In this document: positions 62,856 to 64,000 of the stretch, in pieces
Numbering within the stretch: the stretch's first letter is position 1
How the letters are laid out: each line of letters opens with the position of its first letter
From: Stenotrophomonas sp.
GTDB taxonomy: Bacteria; Pseudomonadota; Gammaproteobacteria; Xanthomonadales; Xanthomonadaceae
DNA: 64,000 nt
Direction of reading: 5' to 3'
Assembly: GCA_036566925.1 (NCBI GenBank)
Contig: DATCVI010000061.1
Location: 19,338-83,337, forward strand
Position numbers and translations under genes: made by a program
Notes under the pieces: generated by a model
What the model was told of the DNA's origin: nothing
Seen by the model: the letters and a program-made list of their open reading frames with translations, nothing else
The model's database searches: none

Positions 62856-64000
62856 ATGACCGAGCAGACCCCCGCGCCGCAGCCTCCCGTCGACGAGAAC
62901 AGCCTCATCGCCGAGCGCCGCGCCAAACTGGGCGTGCTGCGCGAGAAGGGCGTGGCCTATCCGAACGATTTCCGTCGCGAGCACTATGCCGGCGACCTGC
63001 AGGACGAGTTCGCCGACGCAGAACGTTGGACCGCCGAGGCATTGGAGGCCGAGGGCCGCGTCGTGCGCCTGGCCGGCCGGCTGATGGCCAAGCGCGTGAT
63101 GGGCAAGGCCAGCTTCGGCCAGATCCAGGACGAATCCGGGCGCATCCAGCTGTTCCTGCAGGCCAATACCCTGGGCGAGTCGTATGACGCGTTCAAGGGT
63201 TGGGACGTGGGCGACATCATCGCGGTCGAAGGCGGCCTGACCCGGACCCGCACCGGCGAGCTGTCGGTGAAGGCCACCGGCCTGCGCCTGCTGACCAAGT
63301 CGCTGCGGCCGCTGCCTGACAAGTGGCACGGGTTGTCGGATGTCGAACAGCGCTACCGCCAGCGCTATGTCGACCTGATCGTCACCCCCGAAGCGCGCGA
63401 GGTCTTCATCAAGCGCTCGAAGATCATTCGCGCGATGCGCTCGTGGCTCGATGCCAGGCGCTTCCTGGAAGTGGAAACGCCGATGATGCATTACATCCCC
63501 GGCGGCGCCACGGCCAAGCCCTTCACCACCCACCACAATGCGCTGGACCTGCAGCTGTACCTGCGCGTGGCGCCGGAGCTGTACCTCAAGCGACTGGTGG
63601 TCGGCGGGCTGGAGCGGGTGTACGAGATCAACCGCAATTTCCGCAACGAGGGCGTCTCGACCCGCCACAATCCCGAATTCACCATGCTCGAACTGTACGA
63701 GGCCTACGCCACGTACCACGAGGTGATGGACCTGACCGAGAACGTCATCCGCGATACCGCGGTCTCGGTCCTGGGGACCACCGAGGTTGAATGGGACGGC
63801 GTGCAGATCGACCTGGGGCCGGCTTTCCGGCGCTGGCGCATGGACGAGGCGGTTCGTCACCACAATCCGGAAATCAGCGTCGCCGACTGCACCGACCGCG
63901 CCGCCCTGCTGCGCCACTGCGAGCGCCTGAAGATCAAGGTCAAGCCGTCCTACGGCTGGGGCAAGCTGCTGCTGGAGATCTTCGAGGCCACCGTCGAGCA
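62856..64000 (+). CDS. lysS: lysine--tRNA ligase (class II), 3' end outside the window
   Basis: My own translation from ATG 62856: [49 protein letters not shown]... and later [30 protein letters not shown]. The frame is open to the window end, so it is absent from the ORF track. Confidence 0.93.
   Translation, partial: MTEQTPAPQPPVDENSLIAERRAKLGVLREKGVAYPNDFRREHYAGDLQDEFADAERWTAEALEAEGRVVRLAGRLMAKRVMGKASFGQIQDESGRIQLFLQANTLGESYDAFKGWDVGDIIAVEGGLTRTRTGELSVKATGLRLLTKSLRPLPDKWHGLSDVEQRYRQRYVDLIVTPEAREVFIKRSKIIRAMRSWLDARRFLEVETPMMHYIPGGATAKPFTTHHNALDLQLYLRVAPELYLKRLVVGGLERVYEINRNFRNEGVSTRHNPEFTMLELYEAYATYHEVMDLTENVIRDTAVSVLGTTEVEWDGVQIDLGPAFRRWRMDEAVRHHNPEISVADCTDRAALLRHCERLKIKVKPSYGWGKLLLEIFEATVE

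Overview
This is a high-GC chromosomal segment (roughly two-thirds G+C by eye, not computed). Gene content and order resemble a Xanthomonadales/Lysobacterales-type gammaproteobacterium (Rhodanobacter/Dyella/Xanthomonas-like); the taxon is an inference. Most of the window is core metabolism and is densely coded. It holds a thr operon (Thr/Ile-rich leader peptide, thrA, thrB, thrC), an FnrN-type regulator and hisS. A nine-gene his operon follows, headed by a YerC/TrpR-like gene (hisG-D-C-B-H-A-F-IE, chained by ATGA/GTGA stop-start overlaps). Next come a secreted metallophosphoesterase, a C13 peptidase, the methionine-salvage genes mtnB-mtnD-mtnC and two tandem APC amino-acid permeases. serA lies divergent from a D-2-hydroxyglutarate-dehydrogenase-like FAD oxidase. 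Further on are a DUF2388 gene overlapping an HExxH+DUF4105 gene, yeiP, and a partial leucine/HMG-CoA catabolic cluster whose last gene is a translationally coupled PAS-GGDEF-EAL protein. The remainder holds feoA-feoB plus a Cys-rich small protein, dapB-carA-carB-greA-(ORF in the rpfE position)-recJ, and prfB (classical +1 frameshift site) followed by lysS. A block of about 9.4 kb between recJ and prfB looks accessory. It encodes a BvgS/EvgS-like hybrid sensor kinase with its NarL/LuxR-type response regulator, two unknown downstream genes (one a Cys-less pseudo-glutamine-amidotransferase with a G11 tract in its first codons), aqpZ with an overlapping mini-ORF, a DUF481 outer-membrane protein and an orphan OmpR-type regulator whose receiver lacks all phospho-chemistry residues. 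Within this block a 16-bp 7-2-7' palindrome (ATGCGAT-NN-ATCGCAT) occurs three times, always intergenic. It is my best candidate for an undescribed regulon. I saw no rRNA or tRNA genes, CRISPR arrays, transposases or integrases. Many very long ORFs in the track are antisense artefacts of the high GC content.
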